DNA of 64,000 bases from Vicugna vicugna (taxonomy: Eukaryota), in contig MU057724.1 in assembly GCA_013265495.1 (NCBI GenBank), positions 1,007,102 to 1,071,101 of the forward strand. Direction: 5' to 3'. This document shows positions 1-12,724 of the stretch, one piece after another (positions within the stretch are counted from its first letter, which is position 1; each line of letters opens with the position of its first letter). Under the pieces are notes generated by a model. The model made no database searches, was not told the DNA's origin, and saw only the letters and a list, made by a program, of their open reading frames with translations. Made by a program: the position numbers and the translations under genes.

Positions 1-271
1 CCACAGATCAAAAATACTTGGAAAAAAATTTTGGAAAGTTCTGAAAAACAAAAATTGAATTTCCTGCACACTGGCAACTATTGCATACATTTACAATGTA
101 GTAGTTGTTGTGAGTAATCCAGAGAATACTCAAAGTCTACAGGAGGATGTTGTGTGTGAGGTTGCATGCAGATACTGCACCATGTTACACAAGCGACTGG
201 AGCATCCACAGGTTTTGGTATCTGCGGAGCATCCTGGGGCCCATCTGCCCTCTGACACCCAGGGGCGGCCG
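1..271. mobile_element. MER2-like (Tigger/TcMar) non-autonomous DNA transposon, truncated by the window edge
   Basis: Resembles the recalled MER2 consensus (GGCAACTATT..CATTTACA..GTAATC.AGAGA..GAGCATCC.CAG.TTTTGGTATCTGCGG) and ends before a TA dinucleotide. Confidence 0.75.
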
Positions 272-2055
272 TACATAGCTTGTTAGGCCAGGCTGCCAGC
301 TGTGGCTCTGGACAGGCAACCCACAGTTGCTCTCTTATTATTTCTTCAGATAATTTCCCCACGTTGTATGTTGTCATCCAAAACACCCTCAGCCGGCCAC
401 TATCCAGCCCTTCATGCTTCGCCCTAGAGCGTTTCCTTTCCTCTTTCTGTATCCCAACCGACATCTCTCTGCACGGCTTGTAAGGTCAATGTCTGCAGGG
501 CTCTGGCAGGCAAGCTGATGAGCGTGCTGGCCAGGGGGGCGTGTGGTGAACCTTGGAGGGCAGTGCCCACCAGAGGCCCTGACTCTGAGCTCTCTGTGGT
601 CAGAGTGAAACCTGGGGACTGAAAATAGACCTGGCATGAAATCTCGTTTTCACCTAATTTAATTTGGAACAAAGTGGACCACAAGCTGGACGCCACACAA
701 GATGCCATCGGTGTCCAGGAGCCTGCAGACCGTTTCTTTTCTGATTTCAGTGGCACTTGTTAAAAACCAAAATGGAATATTTAGTCAAAGCCTTTTTTCA
801 GTCCTCTCTGTTTTTACCCAAAAATGGGAAAATGAATCATGACTTGGCAAAAAACTTCTTATTATCTTTTAAAAGTTTACAAGAAACGTCTCAAAAATGA
901 CGAATGGTTCAGAGGAAACAGATACGCAGTTTCTTTAAATGGTCAAAAATCTTCTGGGAAAAAATAGTCCAGAGAGCAAACAGGGACGTGGCCAGATCAG
1001 CAACGCTCCATGCTGTGTTCACTCCAGCAGCGCTTCCCACTGCTCTTCCTCCTCCGGCACCTGCGACAGCCGCTCCAACCCGGATGGAGCCTGGGTGAAC
1101 CGGAAGACCGAGAGAGAAGGATGACCAGCTGTTGGCCGCCGTTGGTTAAACACAAAGTCCCTTCCCCTCCGTACAAACTGTGGTGCAGTTTTCAGGAAAA
1201 GGGGGGACTGTATTATAGGGTAGAAACAATCTAGCAGAGTTCTGGGTCATTTCATGTGTGTACTGCTGATGGAATTCTCAGCAAAAGTGGACTCATAGTC
1301 TTGTTGTCTGCCTAAAAGCTTGCTTTTCTAAGAACATGTTAAGATGAAATGTTCATAATGTGACCTTCAGTGTAATTAATGCACCGCAGCTTTGTGGACG
1401 TCCAATTACTTTTTGCTCAGAAATTAGTAGCATCCAGACGACACACAAACAGAGGGAGAGACTAATGTGAGTAATAGTGCTTCTTGCCGGATAGCTCTGT
1501 TTCTATATTTAGTGGGTTTTCTCCCCATTTATCTTATGGTGAGTCCGCTCCAGTTTGGCTAGACTATTTATCTTTTGTTTCTCTGGTCTGGTTTTAATCT
1601 TGAAGAAGTGACACTCCTAAGAGTAGGTTAATCTAATTGCCTGAATATTACACCACTGATTGCAGATAATACAATCAAGGTGTCATATGGTAGGGCATAT
1701 TTTGAGTTAAGGTAAGTAAGATTAGGGTGGTTCATCTAATTCACTAAATTCGCAAATAGGCTGCTCATTCTTCTCTCTAAGCCATCGTTTTCTCTATTTA
1801 TTATAAGTCCTTCAAAGTGATTACCAACATATAAAATTTGTCTATTACCTGCTTATTCAGCGCGCCTCTATTTTCCATTTTATATTTTCTTTCCATGGCA
1901 GTAAATTTCTGGAAAGCTCTGAAGTTAGAGTATTTCACTATTATGTGAAGCCTTCTTGGATCATATAAGTATGTTCTGGGAAACCTAACCTTCTCCCCTA
2001 GTCCCTGTTCTCAGAGAGACTCAGGGCACTTTGGGTCCCCCTCTAGGGCATCTCC

Positions 2056-2200
2056 TGTGACTCTCACAACAGGACCATGAGTCAAACATTATCTTCCCAT
2101 TTTGCAAATGAGATCACTGACGTCCAGGAAAGTTCAAAGCTTCACCACAGATTGAGTCAAGATGAGGATTTGGGTCAGTATTTCGTACTTTTCCACGTCC
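2056..2200 (-). mobile_element. MIR SINE fragment
   Basis: CTCACAAC...CCCATTTTGCAAATGAG..CACTGA MIR core. Confidence 0.6.
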
Positions 2201-2439
2201 TATAGCTGGTTTAGGAAGAGAACCTGCTTTTTGTCCCACCGATCACACGTTTTTACTTGCTTCAAATTATGATCAAAACAAACCAAGCAACTGCATTTTG
2301 CTAACTTTTGCTTTTACTGACCAAGGAACTGGGGAGTTTCGATCCTGAGGGATTTTGAAGGGCTGGTGTGTCATCTTGGCTTTAATCTTACACAAATAGG
2401 GAGGTTTGCGGACGTCATAATCACATCGAGTGCCGTATC

Positions 2440-2830
2440 GCAGACGCTTTGGTGAGTCATGAAAGACCAGGGCTGGTTCTGTCGTGGTAATTCAGATCTG
2501 AGGTGATGAGAACTTGACCTACGGGGTGAAGGCTAGGACTGGATCGTAAAATGACAGGTGATGCCACTAACAAAGGAAGAACCCAGAGGAGGAGCCCAGA
2601 TGAGATCATGTGTTTGATGTGTGACGGATGCTGGTGAACACAGATGACGCTCATGTGACACACTCTTCTTTGGCAGGAAGGGTGTCACACTTGACTTGGG
2701 ACATGTCCAGTGGGTGACGAAAAGGTGCAAGGACCAAACGTCAGGTGAAGGAGGTACAACCTGCCATGTCCAACTCAGAGTTATCCAGAAGGAGATTGTT
2801 GCTGAAAGATATGAAAATGTAGTAACTATT
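2440..2830 (-). mobile_element. L2 LINE fragment
   Basis: Purine-rich degenerate L2-like motifs (GTAATTCAGATCTGAGGTGATGAGAACTTGACCTA; GGTGATGCCACTAAC). Confidence 0.45.
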
Positions 2831-5800
2831 TAAGAGAATGAAGGAAAAGCAATCGTTTATGAACATAAACACCCACATCTGAGGCGGGAGAAAGAATAAG
2901 AGAGAAGATGATGAGTGTGTACTTAGAAAAGTGTAAGGGAAAACAGAGTTTCAAGGAAAAAAAAATAGATGATTTGACACTGCAGAGAGAGGAAAGGAGT
3001 AAAGATTCAAGTGCATTCAAGTGCAAGTGGGTTTGCCCCAAAGTAGATCTCTGGGCATCTTGGAGAGAACACTTTCTGAAAAATGGTTGAGATCATCTTC
3101 AGACTAAGGTCTTAAGCATCAAACTAAGGGCAAGATAATGGAAAGACCACGCTCACTCTAAGAATGTGACGGAAGCCGTGTAATCCACCCCGTCACTCTC
3201 AGCTCACAGCCGCCTTTAGAATTTGGTAACAGCAAGTTCCCGGGAGCGTGAGCATTTTGTTGAATTACATCAGTCTCACTTGTGGTGTTGGAGGTCTGGT
3301 GAGAGAAAAACCATTATTTAGTGAATAGTAAATCTAAGAGAAATACAGATAAGACTTGGGGAGAGAGCTATTTAAATTCCTATTTTCTCTGATGAGTTAT
3401 ATATTCATTTTTAAGTGATCATGTGAAATATATAAAATATTCAGTAATTACTCATTTGGTTTAGTCACTGGAAAATTAACGTTTCTCCACTAGTAATATG
3501 TTATGCAGTGTTTACTTGAAAGGCTGAAATTAATCTCTAATAATAATGTCTTTTTATTACATTATTTTTAATATCCTCATCAACATTAGGTATTGTGTAA
3601 AATTTCCATATTTTTTTCAGAAAGAAATCTCTGAGGATGAAAATGGGTGCCAGACGTCTTCCGACTAATCCAAGCACCCTCGGTGCTTTTTATCTCTTAT
3701 GAGCTGAGTGACATAGAAGCACTGCCCCTTCCGTGGAAATAGCTGGAATTTCCTAGAGAATGCAGGCAAACAAAAAAATGTGTTTTTGTCTAACATTCAA
3801 ATTCCTTTCTCAAATCACTCAAATTCTCAGGGTAATTGCGTGATTTTATCTTGGTCCAAAAGGAGTTAATTATTTACTTTCTGGAGGCCAATTAAGTTTT
3901 CTAAACCGACAGAGCACCATTTAGCAAATTACCTTCTCAGCGCACTAAAAGACTCACCAGTAACCCAAAGGAGTTAATGTGCTACCAAACAGTGGGAGAT
4001 TTATCCCCTCATCACTGATGGAGTCAGATGGTTTAGAGCGTTAATGTGGGTTTTTGCGTTGAGCGAATGAGTCACATTTGAGTCAACGTGGGACATGTTG
4101 TTAAAGAGTTTGTGTGAGCTAAAGCCGTAGAGGATAGGAGATGTGGACAAGGGAGCAGGGCAGTGGGAGAGGGGGCGCTCCACCCTTGAAAAGTGCTATC
4201 AACTATTATCTGGATGGAATCCCTGTACCTTATCTGTATATTTGGCAATGATGGGCAAGTTAGCAACCCACGATCACAGGGAGTTATCTGGTTATAGATT
4301 TGTAAAAAGTGTTCTCTGAGATTTTAATGTAGTGGCCATTGGCTATTTTTGTCCCGGTTTTATTTGAGAAATGGAATAACTTCTTGCCGATTATAAAATG
4401 CAATGACTTTGATGTAAATGAACACAGTAAATGCAGCTCCTTGGTTGTAAGCCTTCTCGTGCTTCTCCACAAACTCACCAGGCGTTGTAGTGAGCCCGCT
4501 TTATTATTTGCTCTCATGTTCTGTTGCTCTTGTTGCTCCACCTGGAGGATCGCCTGGAGCCTTTTCCCTTTTCCCTGTAGGTCATCTTCCAAGCATGTGC
4601 ATGTGTATCACATGCTGTTCTGCCCACGACATCACAGGCAGCCTGCGTTGTTTAGGGGACACTGTCAACAGTGCTGACAGGTGTCGATTTATCACTCATG
4701 CTTAGGAAGAAATGAAATTGTTCTGAGAAATAAGCAATTCTGTTAAGCACAACTCAATGTTTTTTTCCCAACAAAAATGAAATTTCTTTAAATCTTGTCC
4801 AAACTTTATTTCTGTGAAATTTTCTTCTTTTTGGATCTGTATGAAAGCAGTATAATCATGGAGTAATCAGTTAACGGAGCCTGGAGATCACTTACATTAT
4901 TTTTACAAGGATATAAAGCCCCCACCCAGTGGGCTATTTTCTCCTGAGCAGAACTGACAAAACTCCAAATGAAACGCGCTCTCTTCCTTCAGAATATTTG
5001 CATGGGAGCTTCTCTTCCATGTGCTCAGCTGAGCCAAATCACTGAGCTTTTCAGGTTCATCCAGATGCACATTAAGAGGGTGAATCCTAGGAGCAGGCTG
5101 GCATTCCAGTAGATACAAGTCCTGAGCGTCAATCTGAGACCGTATCATAATGATTATTAATAAACATAGAAGTTGAGCATTTGGAACAAAACTGAAATGT
5201 GGCCAAAAAAAAAAAAAAAGGTTTGGCCTCCGATGAATTACTGAGCATCTCTTTTTGTAAAGAATAAAAGCTCTCTGGCTTCTAACAAAGAGTTTGTGAG
5301 CTGTATGGCAGTATTTTGAACAAGGAGGTCATTTATAAAAGCGCTCTTTATGTTTAGGAAATAATTACGGATGCAGCTGCAGGTTTTAATGACTTTTAAT
5401 AAAGCATGTTATAAAGTGAGCTAGCAATAAATGTGTAGCAGGTGATCCTGAATCAAGACGTTATAGGACACCATGAGCTCTACACGCTGGACTGTTAAAG
5501 CAATATGCATGTCTATGTAATGCCAGTGGATCTATAATTTTCTAGGATATTTTGAAGGAGAGTTGGGGGCAGGTTAAATTTTAGTGAATGAGATACCAGC
5601 TAGCTCTGCTCAACCAGTGAAATGCTTTCCTTGTGTAACTGATAAAGTGAAGAACTGGAAATCTTTTTAAATGTTTACAAATGTCTACGAATGACAGAAC
5701 AAGATTCGTGTATTAATATATGAAGATACAGTATTCCAATCATTTAAAAATTTTGAGTCTTTAATAAGGAAAGTTGAATGTACTTTGTAGTAAAAAAATG

Positions 5801-6422
5801 CCTTGTTAGAAATAATCTGTGTTCCATACTTGTTCTGCTGGCATTGCCAAAATCCAGATTTCAATGTCAAGTGGTCAGAATGCTGGTGGACAGAGGCACA
5901 CACAGCTCACAAGTCGCCAGTTTCAGTTTGTACAGGTAATTTGAGGCCGCCTTGGCATGGAAAATGGTACGGTACAGGTTCCTTTTAAGGACGAAGCTTG
6001 GTCTCCGACCTCAGGAAGACCAGAGTCGGACGAAGCGAAGCAAGGGTATCCAGAGTCACAAAGTCATCACAAGGAAGAGCTGAGACGTCCACGCGGGCTG
6101 TCAGGTTAGGAAGCTGACCCTCGGGACACTTGCGAAATGCGTTAAAGGTTCAGATTTAGTTTGTGGCTCAAGTTGGAATTAATAGCCATACATTATGCTT
6201 TAATTAATGATGCTGCTCCAAAGATGGTAAAGGAAAACTGAACACTGTTCGTGGTTCCTTCTGGAGCCCTGGTTCAGGGTAAATGAGCAACCTGGGATGT
6301 TGAGAAGCTAGAAAGGAGGCGTAAGTCTTCCAACATCCCCAGCAGGTGAGACAGAATGTCTGTCGGGGACACCAAGACACTGCTGAGGACAGCAGGGCTT
6401 TATCTGGGTGGTCACTTCTAAA

Positions 6423-7018
6423 ATTTTTTTTTAATAATAATAAGCTCAAAGGATGCTGCAGAGATCGCTCCTTGTGAAGCCTCCCCCCAGCTCCCTCCAG
6501 TGGTGATGACTTACGTCATTCTGGTGCAGTACCAGACCCAGAAACTGGTACTGGCACAATGCTGCCAAGTAGGCTATAAATCTTATTTAGAGTTCATCCA
6601 TGTTTGTCTGAACTCATTGTGTGTGTGTTTGGTTCTATGTAATGTACCCCACGTGTTGATTTGCGTAGCCATCTCCACAATCCAGATATAGAACTGCTTC
6701 ATTAACATGATAGAAATTCCTCATTCCAACCCTTAACAGTGAGACCCAGTCCCCCGGCTCCTGGAAACCACATATCCATTCTCCATTTCTAGAATTCTGT
6801 CATTTTGAGAATGTTATGTAAATGAGATCATATGGTATATGATCTTTTGATTCTAACTTTTGTTTTTCCACTCAGCATAACACCTTTGACATCCACCCAA
6901 GTAGCTGCGTATGTCAGAAGTGTATCCCTTTTAATTGCTGAGTAGTATTTTACGGTGTGGATGCACCAATTTTTTGGTCCATGTACTGGGTGAAGGATGT
7001 ATGGGTTGCTTCAGATTC
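6423..7018 (-). mobile_element. Old L1 3' end (L1MC/MD-like)
   Basis: Poly-T at left followed by antisense L1 3'UTR/ORF2-end motifs (TTGCTGAGTAGTATT, CACTCAGCATAA). Confidence 0.8.
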
Positions 7019-7374
7019 AATAGCTGGAAAAGATGTGGAGCAAAAGGATCTCTGATTCACGGCTGGTGGGGATGCAAAATGGCACAACCACTTAGAGTTA
7101 CAGTTTGGTGGTTTCTTTCAAATCTGAATATACTTTTATCACAAGATCCAACAACTGTGTTCCTTGGTAGTACCCGATTGAATTGAAAATGTATGTCTAC
7201 AAAAAACCCTCCACACACAGGTGTTTATAGTAACTTCATTCATAGTTGTCAAAACATGGTCGCTACCATGATGTCCTTCAGCAGGTAGATGGATAAATAA
7301 ACTGTGGTACGAAGACAATGGAATATTATTCACCACTGAAAGAAAATGAGCTACGAAGTTATACAAAGACCTGG
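7019..7374 (+). mobile_element. L1MC1-like ORF2 3' fragment
   Basis: GATGTGGAGCAA..GCTGGTGGG.ATGCAAAATGG..GGATAAATAAACTGTGGTAC..AATGGAATATTATTCA. Confidence 0.8.
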
Positions 7375-7758
7375 TTTCCCTGAGTTTCTGGCACTTTGTC
7401 TACAACGTAGTAAGTGCTCAAAAATATGTGTGGAGCAAGCAGATTGTCTGCCTTCTTAAAGAAGACTAATACTACATGTAAATTTTGCTCTGCTGTTTAA
7501 TTTAAATATAATTCCGTTCACTTTATTTCTAACCTCTTAGTTTGAAAATCTTAATCTTACAGAAGAGTTGAAAGAATCATAGAATAAAACCTGCAGATCC
7601 TTCACCTAGACTCACTGCTAATGTCACTGTCACGACTGAGGTTCAGTGTCGTGTTGTTCCATATTGTTTTCAACCATCTCAGACTAGTCATTATGGCTGG
7701 TTCTTAAAGGAGTCAGCACTTTTCTAGATTTACTGATAATTTTTTGCTAACTCCTGCT

Positions 7759-8320
7759 TTTTTCAAATGAATTGAGGTGTAATTCATATAATGTAATATT
7801 CACCTTCTTAAGATTTATAATTTCATGGTTTTCAGTGTGTTCACAAGGTCATGCAGCCATCACTGCTGTCTGAGGCCAGAAAGTCTTCATCACCCAAAAA
7901 CAAACTGTCTCTATTAGCAGTTGCTCTTCATTTTCTTCACCTCTGAGCCTTTGGCAAATTCTAAACTACTTTCTATCTCTACGGGTTTCCCTATTCTGGA
8001 CGTTTATTATAAATGCAATCATAAAATACGTGGTCTTTCGTGACTGGCATTTTTTACTTAGCTTAATGTTGTCACAGTTCACCCACGGTTGTCACATGGA
8101 CGCAGACTTCACTCGTGTACATGGCTGTGTGCTGTCCCCTTGCGTGCACGCACCAGGTTTGGCTTATCCATTCATCAGCTAATGGGCATTTTGGTGTTTC
8201 TGTTTTTCTGACTGTCATGAATAGCCATTAATATTAACATTCATATACTCATTTTTACATGAACATGTAATTTTGGTTTTCTTGGGAATATTCCCGGGGG
8301 CAGAATGCCTGGGTCACAGG
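7759..8320 (-). mobile_element. L1MB-like 3' end
   Basis: Antisense L1MB 3'UTR motifs (TTGAGGTGTAATTCA, CCTATTCTGGAC.TTT, ATCCATTCATCAGCT.ATGGGCATTT). Confidence 0.8.
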
Positions 8321-8536
8321 GATTAACAATTTAATTAACAGGCCAGCACATGCTTAGCACTAGTGTGCCCAGGACTGTGAAAGTTGAGGGGAGAAATAAG
8401 TAGTCTAGACGAAGGGCTAATCAAACTGGCCATGCAGTTCTGAGGCTTTTAATGAAAAGCATAGATTCTAGACCATGTTCCAGACTTTCTGCATCCTCAT
8501 GTCATCTCTGGAATGAGAGAGCAGTGACTTAGAAGA

Positions 8537-8631
8537 GTGTGTGTGTGTATGTGTGTGTTCGTGTGTGCATCTGTGTATCTGTGCATGTATGTGTGTGTGT
8601 CTGTATCTGTGTGCGTGTGTGTGTGTGTGTG
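8537..8631 (+). repeat. Imperfect (TG)n microsatellite
   Basis: Read directly. Confidence 0.95.
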
Positions 8632-11600
8632 ACAGCACTCCTGGATGTTCTGATGTCATCTTCTGAGAAGTGTTTGCAGAGCCTTCTAATGAAAGGAAGA
8701 AAGAAGTGTATTATCAGTGGCCCCCATACGATTTCCCTTATTAAGGGCCCTCGGAGCCATCACTCATTTCTGGTGTTAAGCACAGGCAGTTCTTAGGGAG
8801 ATTTTACACGCAGGGATCTCTGGACAAGTGGGCCCCTGTGGGGAGGGAGAGCTCTGACGGAAGCACCCCAGCAGAGGAGGTGGCTCTGTCCAAAGAGCTG
8901 CTGGTCCCCGCCTTCCCAGGCCTGGTGAAGACAGATGCCAAGGCATTGAACCACGGTCTGCAGCACCCAAATCTGAGTGTCCGTTGGCCGTGGCCTCTCT
9001 CTGGTGCACCTGTCACGGTTCTTTGTCCTCCACCTGCAGCTCTGATTCCGTGCACGCAAGCTGGAGTTCAGCACCTCGGCCAGGGCAACCCCAGCTCCGC
9101 CATTCTCCAGACAGCTCGGCACACGCCCTCATTGTGGTCTTTACAATTTTTGTTCTCATCTTAATTCCCCATTCATTTCTCCTACTGGACCATGAGATAT
9201 GGTTGTGCCTTTCCTGTTTTGTAAATGCCCTGCTACAGTTTCTCTGATTTTTCAAAGGATGTGGATACCCATGAACTTTGGCATTCACAGTTTAAAGGAA
9301 ATAATTGGCTATATGAAAATGAACCCAATGAAAACCAATTAACGTTGAAATTTAAAAATGTCTGTGAATGCTGAATAGAATCCTAATTGGAACGGATCAC
9401 ATGAGCTTAGTTGGCAGTAGCTGAGTTTCTGAAATGTGAGGATCTCGAGGTCACAGTGAACTAATGGATATAATTTAAAGGCTCGATGCATGGGTAAGGG
9501 CCATTAACAGGGTTGGCCAAAATTATGTCAACCAAATTGATGCCTTTTAAAAATAAATTTTAAAGTTGATTTAGATAAAAGGAAGATTTTCTTTTATTTT
9601 TTATAGGTGGCTTCTCTGGTTATTTGCCTTGAAAATACAGGTGGCTGAAAGAATCAAAGCTGCTTTTGCCATTTATTAGTATGAACTGATTTTTTTAGTG
9701 AACTTAATATTCTTTTGAGAATTAGTATGCAGCTTGCAGTATTAGAGAATGGCAGAAGTATGCTTCCTGTCTGGTAATTAAAATGCAAATTGCCAAGTTG
9801 GTTCAAGTAACATTTTCAGTGTCTTGATTGTGGGGATAGTTTTAAACGCGTACATTAAGTACGGGCATTTGCTGTGTGTCACTTGTCTTCACCGAGACTC
9901 TAACAACAACTAACTTCCTGTGTTTGTACTTTTGAAAGGTGGCTCTTAGAAAATGTAAGATGGCCTGTGTGGCCTGAGTTACGTTCCTGCTGGAGGCGCT
10001 GGTGGGGGGCTTCCGTGTGGCAGGAAATGTGGGGAACGAGAGACACACGAAGCAGCCCCCCAGCTTCAGGGAGCTACGTCCAGAGTCTGCAAAGGGTGGG
10101 ACGAATGACGAGCCTCTTCCAACAAACAGAAGGCAAGAGAGACGACAGCTGAACGGGTTCATGAAAAATACCAACCAAGTGCCATGCATGCCCTTTTCAG
10201 AGCCGGACTTCCCACTTCTCGCTACAGAGCTGCTTGGCTCTGCTGGTGACACCGTGTTCTCTCTGTCCCTCCCTCTCCGTACAACTGTCCCAGTTCCTTC
10301 CAGTCCTTCTGTTCCTGAAGCTTTACTCTGCCAGACCCGCAGGCTAGGGATCCGGGCAGGGTCACTGGCTCTGTCCTCTGCTTCTTTCCTCATCTTCCGT
10401 GTCACCCGGCTTCAGTACTGCCTCGTGTCTGTCTCTGACTCTGGCTTCTCCCCTCCACGGCTGTGCCCGCAGCCTTCTAATTGGTCCCCTGGCTCCTTCC
10501 AAACCCATGCCACTCTCGGAAGCATTTCCTAAAACACAAACCCTGACCTTTCCACGCCCTCACCTCTGAACTTCAACGACAGGGTGACTCCTGGGCCACA
10601 TTAGCAGAGCTGCTCCCAGGCTGAGCCCACCTGCCTCTCCGGGCTCATGTGCGGTCATCCCCGCGGGTCGCACGGGAACGGCAGAGCCAGCACCACACTG
10701 CTGATCACCTTGCGTGGCGTAGCTGATTTAATCCGTGCAGGGCCCCTAGCAGGTAGGCGATGGCTGTGCTCTCCACCCCACAGAAGGAGCCACAGGTTGC
10801 ACGTCTGTTAGACTGGGGACCCAGATGACGACCATGGCCACGTAGCCAAGATTCAGACTCACCTCTGTCCTGCTCGCAGGAGCCTAACGTCTGGGTGGTT
10901 CCTCCCTCCCTCCCCACCCACTTCTCTCTCTTTCTCTCTCTCTCTCCCCCGTTGTTTTCCTGGAATTCGTGATAGTTTAGATAATTATGCTGCTTACCAC
11001 CAGGCAGCGATCAGCAGGCAACTTAGCTCGCTGAAAGGACTTAATTCGAAGGGTGTGAAAACAGATTGTTTACAAAGTGTGGGTAGGAGATGGGGAAGCA
11101 GCCAGAGCAGGTGGTGCCCTCCTGGAGGTGCCTGCAGGGGCAGAGGGTGGAGCCTGGGAACCCCGACCTGCTCCCAGAGAGGGCGACTCTGTGGACAGCG
11201 CCTGCCAGGTTCTGTGTTTTCCTAAAAAGTCACTTTGCCACTCTGAAGACTTCGCAGGCAGGGGACTCGAGAACAAACGGCCCAGACTCTCTTCCCCAGC
11301 CTCCCGTTTCCCGCTGGTGCCTCTCACTGACTTCATCCAAGCAGAATCCAGAGGAAGGAAGACACAGTCTATCAGGTCAGCGTCCTGTGGCCAGAGGCGA
11401 GGGGAGAGGTGGAGGCCAGGGTTTCTGAATATGGAAGTAGCCCTATAAATAGGTTGCGTCGTGACAGTTACACAGACGGTATCGTGCCAGCGTGCCAGCG
11501 TCTGGCTCTGTTTGCCACTTTCCCCTCAGCGTGTTGTCTGTGCGCCTGTGGTTCAGCTCTCCTAAGCGCAGCACAACGTCCCCTCCTAGTGACCCGCCAC

Positions 11601-12700
11601 CTCGTGGGTGGACCCGGATTGCGCCCAGTGACCAGACGCCGTGCACAATGGCCAGGGAAAGCCCCTGCCTGCACCTCCTGAGGACACGTGAGCTTGCTGG
11701 GTCAGAGGTCTCCACATTTTTAATTTCGTTAAGTGCGGGCAGACTGCTGTGAGCTTTCGCTCTCTCCGCTGGTGCGTGAGGAGCTCCGCTCTCTCACATC
11801 CTGGACAGCTTCAATGCTGCTGTTCTGGTGCTAAAGATCAGTACGGTAGCACTTGAATGTGTACTTCCATTCTTACTGACACATTACAGAATCTCATCGG
11901 TTTTTTCAACCATTAAAATCCCATCTGTAAATGGTCTGTTTATAGTCAGTTGCCAGTAAATAGCTTAACAGAATGACAAGCACCGTGTGCCACACCTTGT
12001 GGTCTCCACACAGGTTCAACAGCTCCTTGCCGTCGACCACTGAGCAGACACACAACACGTGCTCACATGATAGAAAGCGATGTGCCGCACTTCATCTTCT
12101 GTACGTCTGAGTTCTGCCATCCGTCTTTCGAGTTGGCTTAGTAACCACAGGTATCACGTCAACGAAATGACTCTCTTAAGCTGTCAGTCAACAGGCTTTT
12201 AAAATAACCAGACTGACAACTTGCTCTCCAGCTGCTCCGTGTGCTCCGTCCGCCCCCAGTGCCTCTCTCCTCCTGAAGGGCTCTGGGCTCCAGAAGGAGC
12301 TCCAAGCGCGGGGCTTCCTGGGAGGACGGCAGGTGCCGGGAGGGCCCAGGGCCCAGGAGGCGGACAGCACCGCCCCTCTGCCTTCTATGAAAAACAAAAA
12401 AGAGCAAAACCGAGGTATTTATGGGTGTATATATATATGAAATAAGCCAAAGTGAGGAAACCTTAAAAAACACAGTTAATCTGAATATTAACTACCATTT
12501 ATTATTATGTTTATCATAAAGTTCCCCATTAAACATTAATTACCATATAATTTGCTCTCGTCGTGTGATGAATATTCTGAATAAGGACCTAATAATTATG
12601 CATGTCGTATCCCACTTAAGTACCATTTAGTCCAACTTTAGTCTTCAGACCTGCAATGTTCAAAGCAGTGTTACAGGTTTATTAAGTTAGTTTGGTGCTA

Positions 12701-12724
12701 ACACACACACACACACACACACAC
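12701..12724 (+). repeat. (AC)12 microsatellite
   Basis: Read directly. Confidence 0.95.

Noticed and set aside
4478..4722. Minus-strand exon candidate (donor GTGAGT near 4478; ORF 4284..4592)
   Set aside because: There is no recognisable protein similarity and no partner exons; such splice-like motifs occur by chance.
6423..7374. Oppositely oriented adjacent L1 pieces as a twin-primed inversion
   Set aside because: The two pieces overlap in consensus by over 100 bp and differ there in subfamily-diagnostic sequence, so two insertions are more likely.
9842..10532. Overlapping 176-187 aa ORFs on both strands
   Set aside because: They are low-complexity translations open on both strands, with no ATG/Kozak start and no recognisable homology.
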